From: Phoronis australis
Taxonomy: Eukaryota; Animalia; Phoronida
Direction of reading: 5' to 3'
DNA length: 64,000 nucleotides
NCBI GenBank assembly: GCA_002633005.1
Contig: NMRA01000560.1
Coordinates: 124,001 to 188,000 of the forward strand
Shown here: one piece after another, positions 23,901-34,138 of the stretch
How positions within the stretch are numbered: the first letter of the stretch is position 1
Layout: every line of letters begins with the position of its first letter
Notes under the pieces: generated by a model
Databases searched by the model: none
Told to the model about the DNA's origin: nothing
The model's input: only the letters and a program-made list of their open reading frames with translations
Position numbers and translations under genes: made by a program

Positions 23901-26900
23901 CAATATGTTGATTGCCATGATGACGCGCTCATTTGAAATGATCCACGTAAGTTGAGTTGCTCAACCTGGGATTTTAATTGACTTGCCAATCATTTTCTAG
24001 GTCAGCCTACCGATGTTAAAAAACAAACAAAGCGCAAGTATCCATGTTCCGGCCCGTATTGCGATTCGGCCCAAATCGGAATATTCCGATACGGCCGTTC
24101 CCGTATTGGAATTCCAATACGGGCGGCCCGTATTGCAATATATTTTACGATTGCATTTAAAATACAAAACTTGGTAACTCGGTATGTTTTTATGAAATCG
24201 AGGTTTCCTTTCATAGTTTTGATATAGTACAGATACTCACAACGTTGTCTCGATATTAAATCTTCAATCTTTGTACAAGGTTGACCGAGTCTAAATTCAA
24301 AATGTCGGCGATTACGAGTTGTAGGATTGCAAGACAATTTTTTTTGAAAATTTAGCTTCTAATTGAACATTTTTTGACAAATTTGAATAGTGCTGTGTAA
24401 GAACAGATCAGGTTAAAATATGTTGAATACGTTTCCACGCATTTTCCACCAACTTTGAAGACCTACTGTCGCCGATTCCAATACGGGACACACTCTCGAC
24501 AGCCGGCCGGTATTGGAATCGCTCGGCGATCACACTTTCGGCTTCAAAATGACGCGATTGCAAGCCCCCAACATGTAAATATTTGTGTCAACCAATTTCA
24601 ATTTATATTAAACATTGTGAAATGGTCTGCTCATAATTCGAAAGAGGCATTTTGTTGTTTTTTTTCCACACTTTAGGCGGTCCCTATCACCGTCGCAGGG
24701 ATTCCCATACGGGCCCGTATTCGAATGTGTGCTAATTAGTCGATTAAAATGTTTCAAAGGTAACAATTTCGAACCATTTGCATATAAATTGATATGAAAT
24801 GACCAACTAATGTCTTTCCTTGAACTTTTGCGTATTTTCCACCAACTTTAAAGGCCCACTGTCGCCGATTCCAATACGGGACACTCTCTCGGCAGCCGGC
24901 CCGTATTGGAATCGCTCGGCGATCACACTTTCGGCTTCAAAATGACGCGAATGCAAGCTCCCAACATGTATATATTTGTGTCAACCAAAGTACAATTTAG
25001 ATTAAATATGGTAAAATGGTCTGATCATAATTTGAAAGAGGCATTTTGTTGTTTTTTTTCGACACTTTAAGGGGCCCCTATCACCGTCCCAGGGATTCCT
25101 ATACGGACCCGCATTAGAATGTGTGCTAATTAGTCAATTAAAATATTTCAAAGGTAACAATTTCGAACCATTTGCATATAAATTGATATGAAATGACCAA
25201 CTAATCTCTTTCCTTGAACTTTTGCGTATTTCCCACCAATTTTAAAGGCCTACTGTCGCCGATTCCAATGCGGGATGCACTCTCGACAGCCACTACGTAT
25301 TGGAATCGCTCGGCGATCACACTTCCGGCTTCAAAATAACGCGAATGCAAGCTCCCAACATGTAAATATTTGTGCCAACCAAAGTACAATTTATATTAAA
25401 ACTGTGAAATGGTCTTATCGTAATTCGAAAGAGGCATTTTGTTGTTTTTTTCGACACTTTAGGCGGTTCCTATCACTGTCGCAGGGCCCGTATTGGAATG
25501 TGTGCTAATTAGTCGATTAAAACGTTTCAAAGGTAACAATTTGAACTAACTGAACTTTGCAACTGAAAAATTCACGATAACAAATTACTTCAACTGTTTG
25601 TAATCATTGTGACAAATTCAGAAAATGTCAATACAATTTTCTGGATAAGTTTGAATCATGATGACTATACATTACAAACATTGCCTTAACATGCTTCAAG
25701 GTATCTTTTGTCTTCAGGATTTGTGCAGACATCCATTGGTGACTCTAGTACCGTGCGCACCTGCAAGGATATTAAACCCTCATTTTGCAATTTCAACCAA
25801 TCATATTCATTCCCCTGCTAATGGAGGATTGGGCTCGCACTTGAGTAAGGAGGGTGGATTCAACAGAAAACACAAAATGATTCTTAGACAGTGGTCTGCC
25901 CTCACTGTTGTTGTGTACATGACCTAAAACATAAGCTTGGCGGTTCAAGATGCTTAGTAAGGGTTCCTAATTTTATCTTAACTTTTGAACATTGATGAGT
26001 CACAACGCACTATTTTATGAGAAGTGTGTTAATATCCCAGTTTAGGAGCCTTTTAAATAACACACTTCATTATCCTGAACATGTGCATTGCATTTGCTCA
26101 TCATTGGCATGGCAAAGAAAGTAGCTGTGGTTCGTAGACATTCTTATTATTAATCGTCCAAATGTGCATTAGAAGCAAAACTAGAAATTCATCTTCCATG
26201 CCTTTGACTTGAAGATTCCCAGTCTGCAATTCTAGCCAATATTCTGAAAGATAAAGAAACTTTACATGTACATGTATGTGGTCAAAAAGTATCAAGAAAA
26301 CCCAATATGTTGACATTAGAGAGCTTTAGATTTCATGAAAACCTTTTAGGTAATCAGCACCTTCCTTTCCTCAATCACTGGTTGAATCTCCGGTCTTCTC
26401 ATCTCATTACGGATGCTGAAGAAAACAGATTCAGTGTTTCATGTTCCAGAGAGTGCGTTATGGTATTTTGAATACAAATTCACTGCCCAGTCTTGCAATT
26501 GGAAATCTTTGTTTAAAAAGCAGGTAGTGAATGAACTTAAGTCTTTTAAAATGTTAAGTTTTTGAGTAAGCACTCTCTTCCTACAAATTCAAGCATGATA
26601 TTTCAATCTTATACAGGAGGTTACGTACCTGGAAGTCAACCGGGTTGTCCACTAGGATGTCATAAGTGTTATGTACCTTGAAGTGAGGTTACGCTTCGAC
26701 AGTACTTGAGTCTCTGCCAATGCCTTATCTGGAATAACATATGTTACAGAGCAATATATTGTATATGCAATCATAGATAAATGTTGAAGTGGAAATAAGT
26801 GTTCCAGAGTGCTGCAATGTAGAGTCTGATCTAGGATATTATGGTAGGAGCCCGCTTTTCATTTTGTCCCACCATAGATTATAGGCAACAGATTCACGAC

Positions 26901-29900
26901 TCCGACATTTACACACGAAGTATCCCAGAGGAGGCACCACCCTCTCAACATAGCAAACTCAGGTTCCGTTAGTGTATTGTGGGGGGGAATTCTATTTTTT
27001 TCTGTCTACTACAATGAAAAAAATCAGCCCTGAAACGCTGTTCAAGGTCTTCCAATAGTAGAGTTCAGAAATTTAGAGTGGCACCGGCGTGCATTCAAGC
27101 TTAAAATGAAACGTCTCACGGAGTTTGTAAACTGCTGCTGAAGTGCGAGACTGGCTTTTGAGTAGGAATGACGGTTATTTCTGGAGTATTAATATGAGGT
27201 TTACTTAAGAAGTTTACGTTTTACGAGCGTTCAACTTATTTAAACCCGGATGTGAGTTGGACAAAATCGCCGATCCAAATCCCGACACAATGACCGTGAT
27301 TAACAAACGACGTACTTGCGGCAAGTAAAGCATGCTATGTCTGCCAGGTGTCGCTAGTGAATCACAGTGTATGCGTAAGATCACAGATTTCGTCCACTGA
27401 AAATATATAGAGTTGGCGGTCCACCTACTATAGTCCATGGTCCCACCTCCCCTAAATCTGGCAGTACAATGATCAACAACACTAGGCAACATGAGAATTG
27501 TCACAAACAAAAGAAATAACTTCTGAGTTATTTTTTCAATTTTTTTTATTGAGGCACACCTCGAAATACAACCTCCACAAAATTATTGTTATAGTATTGC
27601 GCTGTTCTTTGTGGACTCTACCAGTACCTATGGACTATCACATAACATTGTATGCTTTAAACCATGTTTCCTGTACTAGAGAGCTTCCTCTCTCTTCTTC
27701 CAGTTTGAGCCATATTGGAATAAACCACATATATACTGTTCCTAGTCAATCTGTGTTTATCTAGTGTCTATTATAACCATCCATAACATAACAGGTATAT
27801 GTTTGAACTCGAGTATAATGACGCAGAGTACGCACAGGCACAGCTTTTGAGAGGAATCAGGCAGAGACTGAGGACAGATGTGGTGGGAAGTCTTGGTGCA
27901 AATGCACGGTGTGCACTGTAATGCCAACCTCAATGGAATGCCTATGCTGTTTCCACTGGATGGTCACCTGAGCACCCAAACCGCTTACATACCGCCATGT
28001 GACTCCTTCGCCACAAGTATACGTACACCTGGCACCTTCTAAATATCTCCAATATTTTACACAAGTCCACAATAAACTTAACAAATTTTGGCTCCCCGGC
28101 CTGTTCACTGAACGACGAACTGTCCTCCTCACTGGGTGTCGAACTGCATGGGCCTGTATTCACTCCCACTACTCAACATCGCTACAGGGCTGCTTACAGG
28201 CACTGGGCTAGAGACAACAGCACACGGCGAATTACTGCTAGTTCCCCGAATTGTACGCTCTGTTTGAAAAAGGGCTGACGTATCCTAATCAACCAAAGAT
28301 CCAGAGAATCCATCAAAGAACTCCAAGACTGAGTTCAATGTGAAGAACTTAAAAATCAGTCACAAGAGGGCAAAGCGATAGTCGCATCGGTAAAAAACTC
28401 TTTGACATCAGTCGACAGCTTCACAGGAATTTCTACCACGCCGTCTTGACTGGCCGTAGAGATGAGACTCCTCTAAGAGCTTCATATGCCAGATGATAAT
28501 CGGCGAATAATGCCTCAGTCAGATCTAGGATGTCGTAATGGGGGTAAGGTAATTTTCAGTCAATTGAATCATGCATGGCACTGAATGGCAATGGTAGTTT
28601 ATTCATTTTTCAATAAACATAACCCAATTTCAATCTGTGAACAGCAAAACAAATTCATCGGCGTCAGGGATCACTTAATTGGATGTAACTTAAATAATCA
28701 TTCTGTTTTTATATTCCCAGAGTACACACAAGGTGTTAATGACAGTCATTGCTATAAGATTCTGAGGACGGGTATTCTTTCTGCCAATGAACCACTTTAA
28801 CTGCCCTTTTAGAATCCGTCTTCAGCAATATTAGCACAGGATTCTTGAACAGGCATCTTCAGCTTCTGATCTTTCCCAATACACAACATATATTTAGTAC
28901 TTTCCGGTATATTCAGTGTAATGGGGGCGACCACAAGCTGAGGACACCTGTGAATTCTTGCATATTTCTGTCAGAGACGGAACCGGCTGTTGTTAGCCTT
29001 CACAGCTCCCGCCAGCAACACATTTGTCCATGTTTTCACGGCGTATGCCCACCTTTATAACTTAACTGATGAGATAAATCACAAAAGTAGACAACAAATA
29101 CACAGATAAAAATTAAAACCAGCAGTAAGGAAGAGGACTGATAAGCTGATAAACTTGTCGAGAAAATTAAGTCTGTAACGGTGCAACACATGTGTCTAAT
29201 AACACTAAGAAACAGAATAACAACCTGTAGAAAAGAATCCCTGATTAAACCTAACACAATTCTGGTTTAAAATACCTTATATCTCACGAATTAAACACAA
29301 GAAATCCTGCACACTTAAACACACCAAGAGCAACGAAACGACAGCGCTCGCTTATTCCAATACGGGCCAGAAACTACTTCCCGTATTGGAATGATGACGT
29401 CATTCCAATACGGGCCAGATTTCAATACGGGTCGGAGCATCCATACTCGGACCATGAACCCTTCCATTTCCAGTTTATAAGCGCGCCACTGACTGCAACT
29501 CGTACTCTTGCAGGCCAAAGTGCACTAACACATCGTTAAATACAGTCGTCAACCAACCCGGTGACACTTTGACCAAGAGCCATCAATACCTAACTGACCG
29601 ACGCGTTTCCTCGGGCAAACTGAAGTATAATCTATTTAAATGAACACGGTTGAGGTGATATAATGATGAATAAGTGCATTTCAGAGGGAATCCGATATCG
29701 AGTGGAAGTTTGCTCGTTCTCAGCTGTACATGGATTACATAACCAAAGGTAATACCTTGCCCGCACCACTCAACATCATCCCATCACCATACGCCATCTA
29801 TAGATTCGTGCGAAGAAGTTGTGGAAATGTTTGCTGCAAGCGAAAGCCACTACCGAAAGACTTGCCCGCTAATGAAGAAGTAAGCCAGCCAGTAGAAAGC

Positions 29901-32900
29901 ACTAATATACAGTTTTCCAAAGATTAGAACTGTACACTGTAGGTGTATTCGCTAGTAGATTATGGCACAGTCGTAAATGCACTGTCTTGTGCTGCTGGCG
30001 CCAACTCGCGGGCATCACACTCTGCTGTGTAGGCTACACTTAACTGAGTTCATCAATTGGCCTACCCTGTGGCTTCATCATCCGTCTGTCGTGATTCAGT
30101 GACCCTGTTCTTGTGATTGCTCTGAATGTAAAAGCATGTGTCGTGGCTTAAACAGAAATCTAGTATGCTTATAGGTGTAAAAATACATGCATATATTGCA
30201 GGTAGGATGGACTACTGATGTTGTTGTACCGCATATGCACACCCGAAGCCAATTTCCTATACACTTTCATTAAACGCCGTTGTGTAGTGCAAGATACGTT
30301 CATGCCATTTAATTTTTCAGCCACATGTAGTCATGACAGATTTGAACTCTTTAAAATACTCCAAAGATGGAATGGAGAATGTCTTGATTACCGGAAAGGA
30401 TTCATCACGGAAGGACTCTTATAGACCGCTAGAGGTCAGTGTCGTCTTGCTTTCACGATCGTCCAACGAAACACTGACCTGGAAATGATGAGTAAAATAT
30501 AAATCAAAACTTCTGTAGACTCAGTGGGATATTTCCCCCATGTTGGGATTGATCCAGCGAAAATTGCACCTCCGTCCGCCGGTTTTCCTAAAAAACAACT
30601 ACTCCCGTCTTCCTTACCTCTTCTCACTCTCCCTCCCTCCGTCCCTCCCTCCCTCCCTCCGTCCCTCCCTCCCTCGCTCCCTCCCTCCTTCCCTCCCTCG
30701 CNNNNNNNNNNNNNNNNNNNNNNNNNNNNNNNNNNNNNNNNNNNNNNNNNNNNNNNNNNNNNNNNNNNNNNNNNNNNNNNNNNNNNNNNNNNNNNNNNNN
30801 NNNNNNNNNNNNNNNNNNNNNNNNNNNNNNNNNNNNNNNNNNNNNNNNNNNNNNNNNNNNNNNNNNNNNNNNNNNNNNNNNNNNNNNNNNNNNNNNNNNN
30901 NNNNNNNNNNNNNNNNNNNNNNNNNNNNNNNNNNNNNNNNNNNNNNNNNNNNNNNNNNNNNNNNNNNNNNNNNNNNNNNNNNNNNNNNNNNNNNNNNNNN
31001 NNNNNNNNNNNNNNNNNNNNNNNNNNNNNNNNNNNNNNNNNNNNNNNNNNNNNNNNNNNNNNNNNNNNNNNNNNNNNNNNNNNNNNNNNNNNNNNNNNNN
31101 NNNNNNNNNNNNNNNNNNNNNNNNNNNNNNNNNNNNNNNNNNNNNNNNNNNNNNNNNNNNNNNNNNNNNNNNNNNNNNNNNNNNNNNNNNNNNNNNNNNN
31201 NNNNNNNNNNNNNNNNNNNNNNNNNNNNNNNNNNNNNNNNNNNNNNNNNNNNNNNNNNNNNNNNNNNNNNNNNNNNNNNNNNNNNNNNNNNNNNNNNNNN
31301 NNNNNNNNNNNNNNNNNNNNNNNNNNNNNNNNNNNNNNNNNNNNNNNNNNNNNNNNNNNNNNNNNNNNNNNNNNNNNNNNNNNNNNNNNNNNNNNNNNTC
31401 TCTCTCTCTCTCCCCCCCCTTCGGACACTGTATCGACTGAGCGTCCGATGTTTGCTCCTGCGGAGTTTAAACCAGTCTCATTAGCCTTGCATTGCTGAGA
31501 CCTGCGCTTCCTATGTAGGTATCTCCGCATTCGTCACCATTGCACAAAATACTTTTGTCCAGAGGTTTTGATTTATAATTTAACGACTGTGTTCTTCACC
31601 TGTATGAACTATAACGTGCCTCATCTACTGACCTATACAGACACCATAAGATCTTGTCACGTCTGCGTTAACATAAGAACGTCGTGTAGCGTACGGTTTC
31701 AAGTTTGCTTTTCTTCATTGTCAAAACAGGGAAACTTTGCTTTTGATTTTTATGCAAATATAACGAACAAATTCAGAGTTGCTTGGACTGTGAAACTCTT
31801 ATAGTTTGAAACGGGGCGACCTTGTGTAAAGATACATTACAGTTATTGAAATATATCCAAAATCAGGACGTTTTGTATGTTTATATTTTTAGCCTGGGTA
31901 TAGCAGCGACGTCGTTAATTTTGTTGGCACGTTTACCCACATGCTTTGACTCTTCTGCTTGGCTTTTGCATGACAATTTCATTTGCTGTGAATTACTACG
32001 CCCATGGCATGGCCAGTTTTGTTCCCTTGTTAGTGACCCTTGATGTGAGTGAACTTTGCTTTAGCATGTGACGTTTCTTAACCAAGTGAGCTGATCATTT
32101 GTCAGAACCGATAAATCCATATGCTTACGGATAGCTCTTTGTCTTGTTTAATCAGGGTCAGAGTAATCTTGGTTTGCATGCTGTTGATGACTCGCGCCAG
32201 GAAGAGGCTGTTCTTCCCGTTTGTGGTGACCCTCGTTGTGACAGGCAAGATATGAGAAGCGTGTCTGTCACTACAAAACGCTACCAAGTGAGTCATGCGT
32301 TTGCTTGTACAGGTGTGTTTGTGAAATGGACGAGTAGCGATAGAAAGCTTGAATTGTTCCTTTTAGATAAGTGACCAGCAACCGTGGTCTCTCCGAAAGC
32401 ACGTAGATTTATGATTTTGCTAACTTGATTGCAGTAATATAAGTTCACCTTTGATTTCTGTACGTTAATGACAGCTAACGTCGGCGACGTAAACTTTATA
32501 TACAAGCCAGATGGCAACAGTGGGAATCGTTGACTGCACTATATTGAAATCTTCACTCACACATTTACTTGATTTGCATTAATTTATTCGTTTGACTACA
32601 CTCAACCTTTTCTGCATTGAATGTTTTTGATATTTGACTAAACACAAATCATTGCTTTCATGTACCAACTAATTAGTAATTTATGACCTCAAATATTGTT
32701 CTATCTTTTAGATTGTTATGAAAAGTATCATAAAAAGGCACATCTTTAAAAGTGAATACGAGGACATGTCTACAGGTGAGAAGTACTCGGTTTCCTAAAA
32801 GTTAGTTGTCAGCATTTTGAGTTCCAGTAGGGAGCGGGCACGTGCCACTCACCCAATAATTTGTAACCTGGGACAAATGAGCGCCAAAGCTTCTTGACGA

Positions 32901-33859
32901 TGGGGCTAGGGGCGAAATGAGAGATTCGCACGTGGCGATTAATGGGAAGCAGGGGCGAATCTAGGATTTTGAGTGGGGGGCAGGGCATAGTATTAGCCAG
33001 GATGTTGCTAGCCAGACATTCGCACCCCCAAACTGTCAAATGGATTCTGGGAGAATTTCAGGGGACCATGGCCTCCTTGCCGCCCCTCTAATACGCCACT
33101 GGGGGGCGTGACGTAATGGCTAGCGGTTGGCGACCAGGGTAGAGATTTTGTTGAGATTGAATGTGTATATGCTCTTTCAACGATCTAAGATGTGTACGCG
33201 TTGACCACAAGGCAGAAGTACTACAATTGTTGCACAAATTACTGCTGCCAATCTTGGTGACTTGCTATCTATCTTGGCGTTTTCAGTAAATTTTGCAAAG
33301 TTAAACTACAAAGATAAGCCGGCTTTTTGACAATGTCCAATTCAGCATGTTGTAATTGCTTGTTTTAGGGGTTACCATGGAAGAACTTAAGCAGGATATC
33401 TCTAGCTTTAGATTTGAGACCTTGAATTCCCTTCATGTGGCACCATCCAGTAACGAAAGAAGTAGTCTTTCCAAGAGATTGCAAATCTTAGAAAGTGCAG
33501 TAGACAGCACCAGGACATCTCTCGAAACAATGCACGACAAACTGAACCACTTACTCATCAGACAAGCTAAGCAGATGGGGGAACTTACACCTTCTTTAGA
33601 AAATCTGTTAGAACAACCGACGTCCAGTACCAGTAAGAGAAATGGCGGCAAACGTTGCTGGCACAAATTGCGTTCTCGCGTGCTGGAAGATACGAACGCT
33701 GATGAAGCAATTTTGGAGGATGACGAGGATTCCGGAATGTTTTACTTGACTGACGAAAACGAAAAAGACGGTCAATCACCGAAAAGAAGCAACTTGAACA
33801 AAAAGCATCTGCGCATTTCTGTTCCCAGTGATACTCCATCAAAGGAGGCATACGTGTGA
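8894..33859 (+). CDS. TRPC: Short transient receptor potential channel (TRPC family), spliced gene, ~1007 aa
   Basis: join(8894-8948, 9390-9487, 9774-9932, 13626-14099, 14474-14665, 14986-15153, 16464-16707, 17203-17442, 18599-18750, 19776-19936, 23748-23946, 29685-29879, 32156-32287, 32712-32775, 33369-33859). All introns are GT-AG with compatible phases; total 3024 nt. Motifs: ankyrin repeats, [11 protein letters not shown], PHxxxCxCxxC, [59 protein letters not shown]. The first two exons are less certain. Confidence 0.93.
9390..9487 (+). CDS. TRPC: TRPC putative exon 2 ([10 protein letters not shown]...SLRRRVGK)
   Basis: tttgtag acceptor and AAG|GTAGGT donor; open frame whose phases link 8948 to 9774. 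Confidence 0.45.
9774..9932 (+). CDS. TRPC: TRPC exon, ankyrin repeats (ATG 9783 is an alternative start)
   Basis: FFYAVEFGD...[18 protein letters not shown]|gtaagt. Confidence 0.9.
12321..12469. mobile_element. PIF/Harbinger-type MITE
   Basis: cag|gctcgcgttcagtaaccctaggacct ... aggtcctagcgttactgaacgcacgc|cag: TIRs and a 3-bp CAG TSD. Confidence 0.75.
13626..14099 (+). CDS. TRPC: TRPC exon, ankyrin repeats and Zn-binding TRP_2 region
   Basis: cag|IVEMLL...[12 protein letters not shown]...[11 protein letters not shown]...[16 protein letters not shown]...HYK|gt. Confidence 0.95.
14474..14665 (+). CDS. TRPC: TRPC exon (linker helices)
   Basis: tag|[10 protein letters not shown]...[11 protein letters not shown]|gt. 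Confidence 0.92.
14986..15153 (+). CDS. TRPC: TRPC exon (pre-S1)
   Basis: tag|[17 protein letters not shown]...YLIMPYCK|gt; absent from the ORF track. Confidence 0.92.
15739..15815 (-). repeat. tRNA-derived SINE head / tRNA-like pseudogene
   Basis: The reverse complement has A-box-like tggctcggtgg and B-box-like gtttcgagtcc at tRNA spacing; the cloverleaf is not intact. Confidence 0.5.
16464..16707 (+). CDS. TRPC: TRPC exon (S1 to start of S2)
   Basis: cag|[25 protein letters not shown]...CFVAG|gt. Confidence 0.9.
16749..16971. mobile_element. PIF/Harbinger-type MITE
   Basis: ctg|gggtgcattcggtagacc ... ggtctacggaacgcaacc|ctg: TIRs and a 3-bp CTG TSD. Confidence 0.7.
17203..17442 (+). CDS. 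TRPC: TRPC exon (S2-S3)
   Basis: ag|[26 protein letters not shown]...WLSA|gt. Confidence 0.9.
17985..18330 (+). repeat. Partial copy of the interspersed element at 54639-55172
   Basis: Colinear match to ~54833-55172, e.g. ccaaccataaataccagaa.. gagttaatcagtcgtgtaagatattggctacg; both copies end in cgtaatg. Confidence 0.85.
18599..18750 (+). CDS. TRPC: TRPC exon (S4)
   Basis: cag|[27 protein letters not shown]...[12 protein letters not shown]|gtaag. Confidence 0.93.
19776..19936 (+). CDS. TRPC: TRPC exon (S5)
   Basis: cag|[27 protein letters not shown]...KHFG|gtaagt; absent from the ORF track. Confidence 0.92.
20297..21160. mobile_element. Palindrome-bearing non-autonomous element (possibly Crypton-like)
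   Basis: A ~155-bp hairpin at 20297-20452, followed by tttataccac (~20449) and its inverted partner gtggtataaa (21151-21160). The family label is inference. Confidence 0.4.
21001..21070 (+). repeat. tRNA-like sequence (Pol III A/B boxes), likely a SINE head or pseudo-tRNA
   Basis: tggtgtagtga (21007) and ggttcgactcc (21050); acceptor stem not intact. Confidence 0.5.
21848..22395. other. Assembly gap (N run)
   Basis: Ns. Confidence 1.
22663..22886. mobile_element. Nested ~224-bp palindromic MITE
   Basis: gactcagtacacaccttgtcctcaca...ggagacttttccct / agggaaaagtctcc...tgtgaggacaaggcgtgtactgagtc; arms of about 85 bp. Confidence 0.75.
23748..23946 (+). CDS. TRPC: TRPC exon (pore helix and S6)
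   Basis: cag|[14 protein letters not shown]...[17 protein letters not shown]|gtaagt. Confidence 0.95.
24440..25545. repeat. Tandem array of ~394-bp units (about 2.8 copies) inside the Ginger-like element
   Basis: Units start near 24440, 24833 and 25227 (ttttccaccaacttt...ctgtcgccgattccaatacggg). Confidence 0.9.
27796..27950 (+). pseudogene. Fragment of a P2X7-C-terminus-like / KolobokP His-Me finger accessory protein
   Basis: [11 protein letters not shown]..., a frameshift, then [27 protein letters not shown]. This matches the Y-x-FEP-E ... WCxCxxCxxMxTxxExxCC signature. Confidence 0.65.
27951..29031 (-). pseudogene. Decayed N-terminal part of a Kolobok-type transposase
   Basis: The minus strand gives MDKCVAGG (THAP-like start, ~29031). 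Further on, across frameshifts, it gives [26 protein letters not shown]...GAQVTIQW, like the K-F-I-V...LF..C..C...G..V.V region of Kolobok transposases. Confidence 0.45.
29685..29879 (+). CDS. TRPC: TRPC exon (TRP box)
   Basis: cag|[35 protein letters not shown]...ANEE|gtaag. Confidence 0.95.
30620..31420. repeat. (CCTC)n / (CT)n microsatellite flanking the assembly gap 30702-31398
   Basis: Directly visible. Confidence 0.95.
32156..32287 (+). CDS. TRPC: TRPC exon (C-terminal linker)
   Basis: cag|GQSNLG...TTKRYQ|gtgagt. The YQ joins [10 protein letters not shown] of the next exon, as in the TRPC rib helix. Confidence 0.7.
32712..32775 (+). CDS. TRPC: TRPC exon (rib helix)
   Basis: tag|[22 protein letters not shown]|gtgag. 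Confidence 0.8.
32950..33101. mobile_element. Short hAT-type MITE remnant
   Basis: caggggcgaatctagga ... ctaatacgccactg ends; TSD not clear. Confidence 0.4.
33369..33859 (+). CDS. TRPC: TRPC last coding exon (coiled coil and acidic tail)
   Basis: tag|[17 protein letters not shown]...KEAYV*. Confidence 0.9.
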
Positions 33860-34056
33860 TAGCATGGCTTCAAAATGGGATCTGTGATAGAAGCATTAAT
33901 TAGGTGTCATAAATCTGCTCTAATACGACTTGCTTGTTAAGTCCACCCTATCATGTCGCACTGGATGCCATGTTGACATCACAAGATCAGTTGCATAATT
34001 GTTTTCATAGTATTGTGTGTCTCTGCAAACCACTCTCAAAACCTTTTGCCAGTGAA

Positions 34057-34138
34057 AATAAATGAATACTTGGACGACGGAGTGATACTACATGTGAGGA
34101 ATAATACTCGGCAGTATACCTGTAAGTATTTGAATAAA
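34057..34138 (+). terminator. Candidate polyadenylation signals of the TRPC gene
   Basis: AATAAA at 34057 and 34133, 200-280 bp after the stop; motif only. Confidence 0.3.

Larger units (their letters stand above)
24045..29439. mobile_element. 5.4-kb TIR DNA transposon derivative (Ginger-like: TG...CA ends, 4-bp TSD)
   Basis: tcca|tgttccggcccgtattg ... caatacgggtcggagca|tcca, with many subterminal cccgtattggaat motifs at both ends. Lies in the TRPC intron 23947-29684. Confidence 0.75.

Noticed and set aside
24440-25545. Repeats as a CRISPR array or as KolobokP long direct repeats
   Set aside because: The units are fully repeated with no unique spacers and the context is eukaryotic. They are adjacent on one side rather than flanking the Kolobok-like fragments, and they share the motif of the outer TIRs.
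28178-28260. + strand [10 protein letters not shown] resembling the C-terminal half of the P2X7-like domain
   Set aside because: It overlaps the minus-strand transposase-like region and the expected intervening motifs are absent; probably coincidental, though not excluded.
30436-31530. ORFs of over 300 aa with Pro/Gly-rich ends
   Set aside because: Microsatellite plus N gap.
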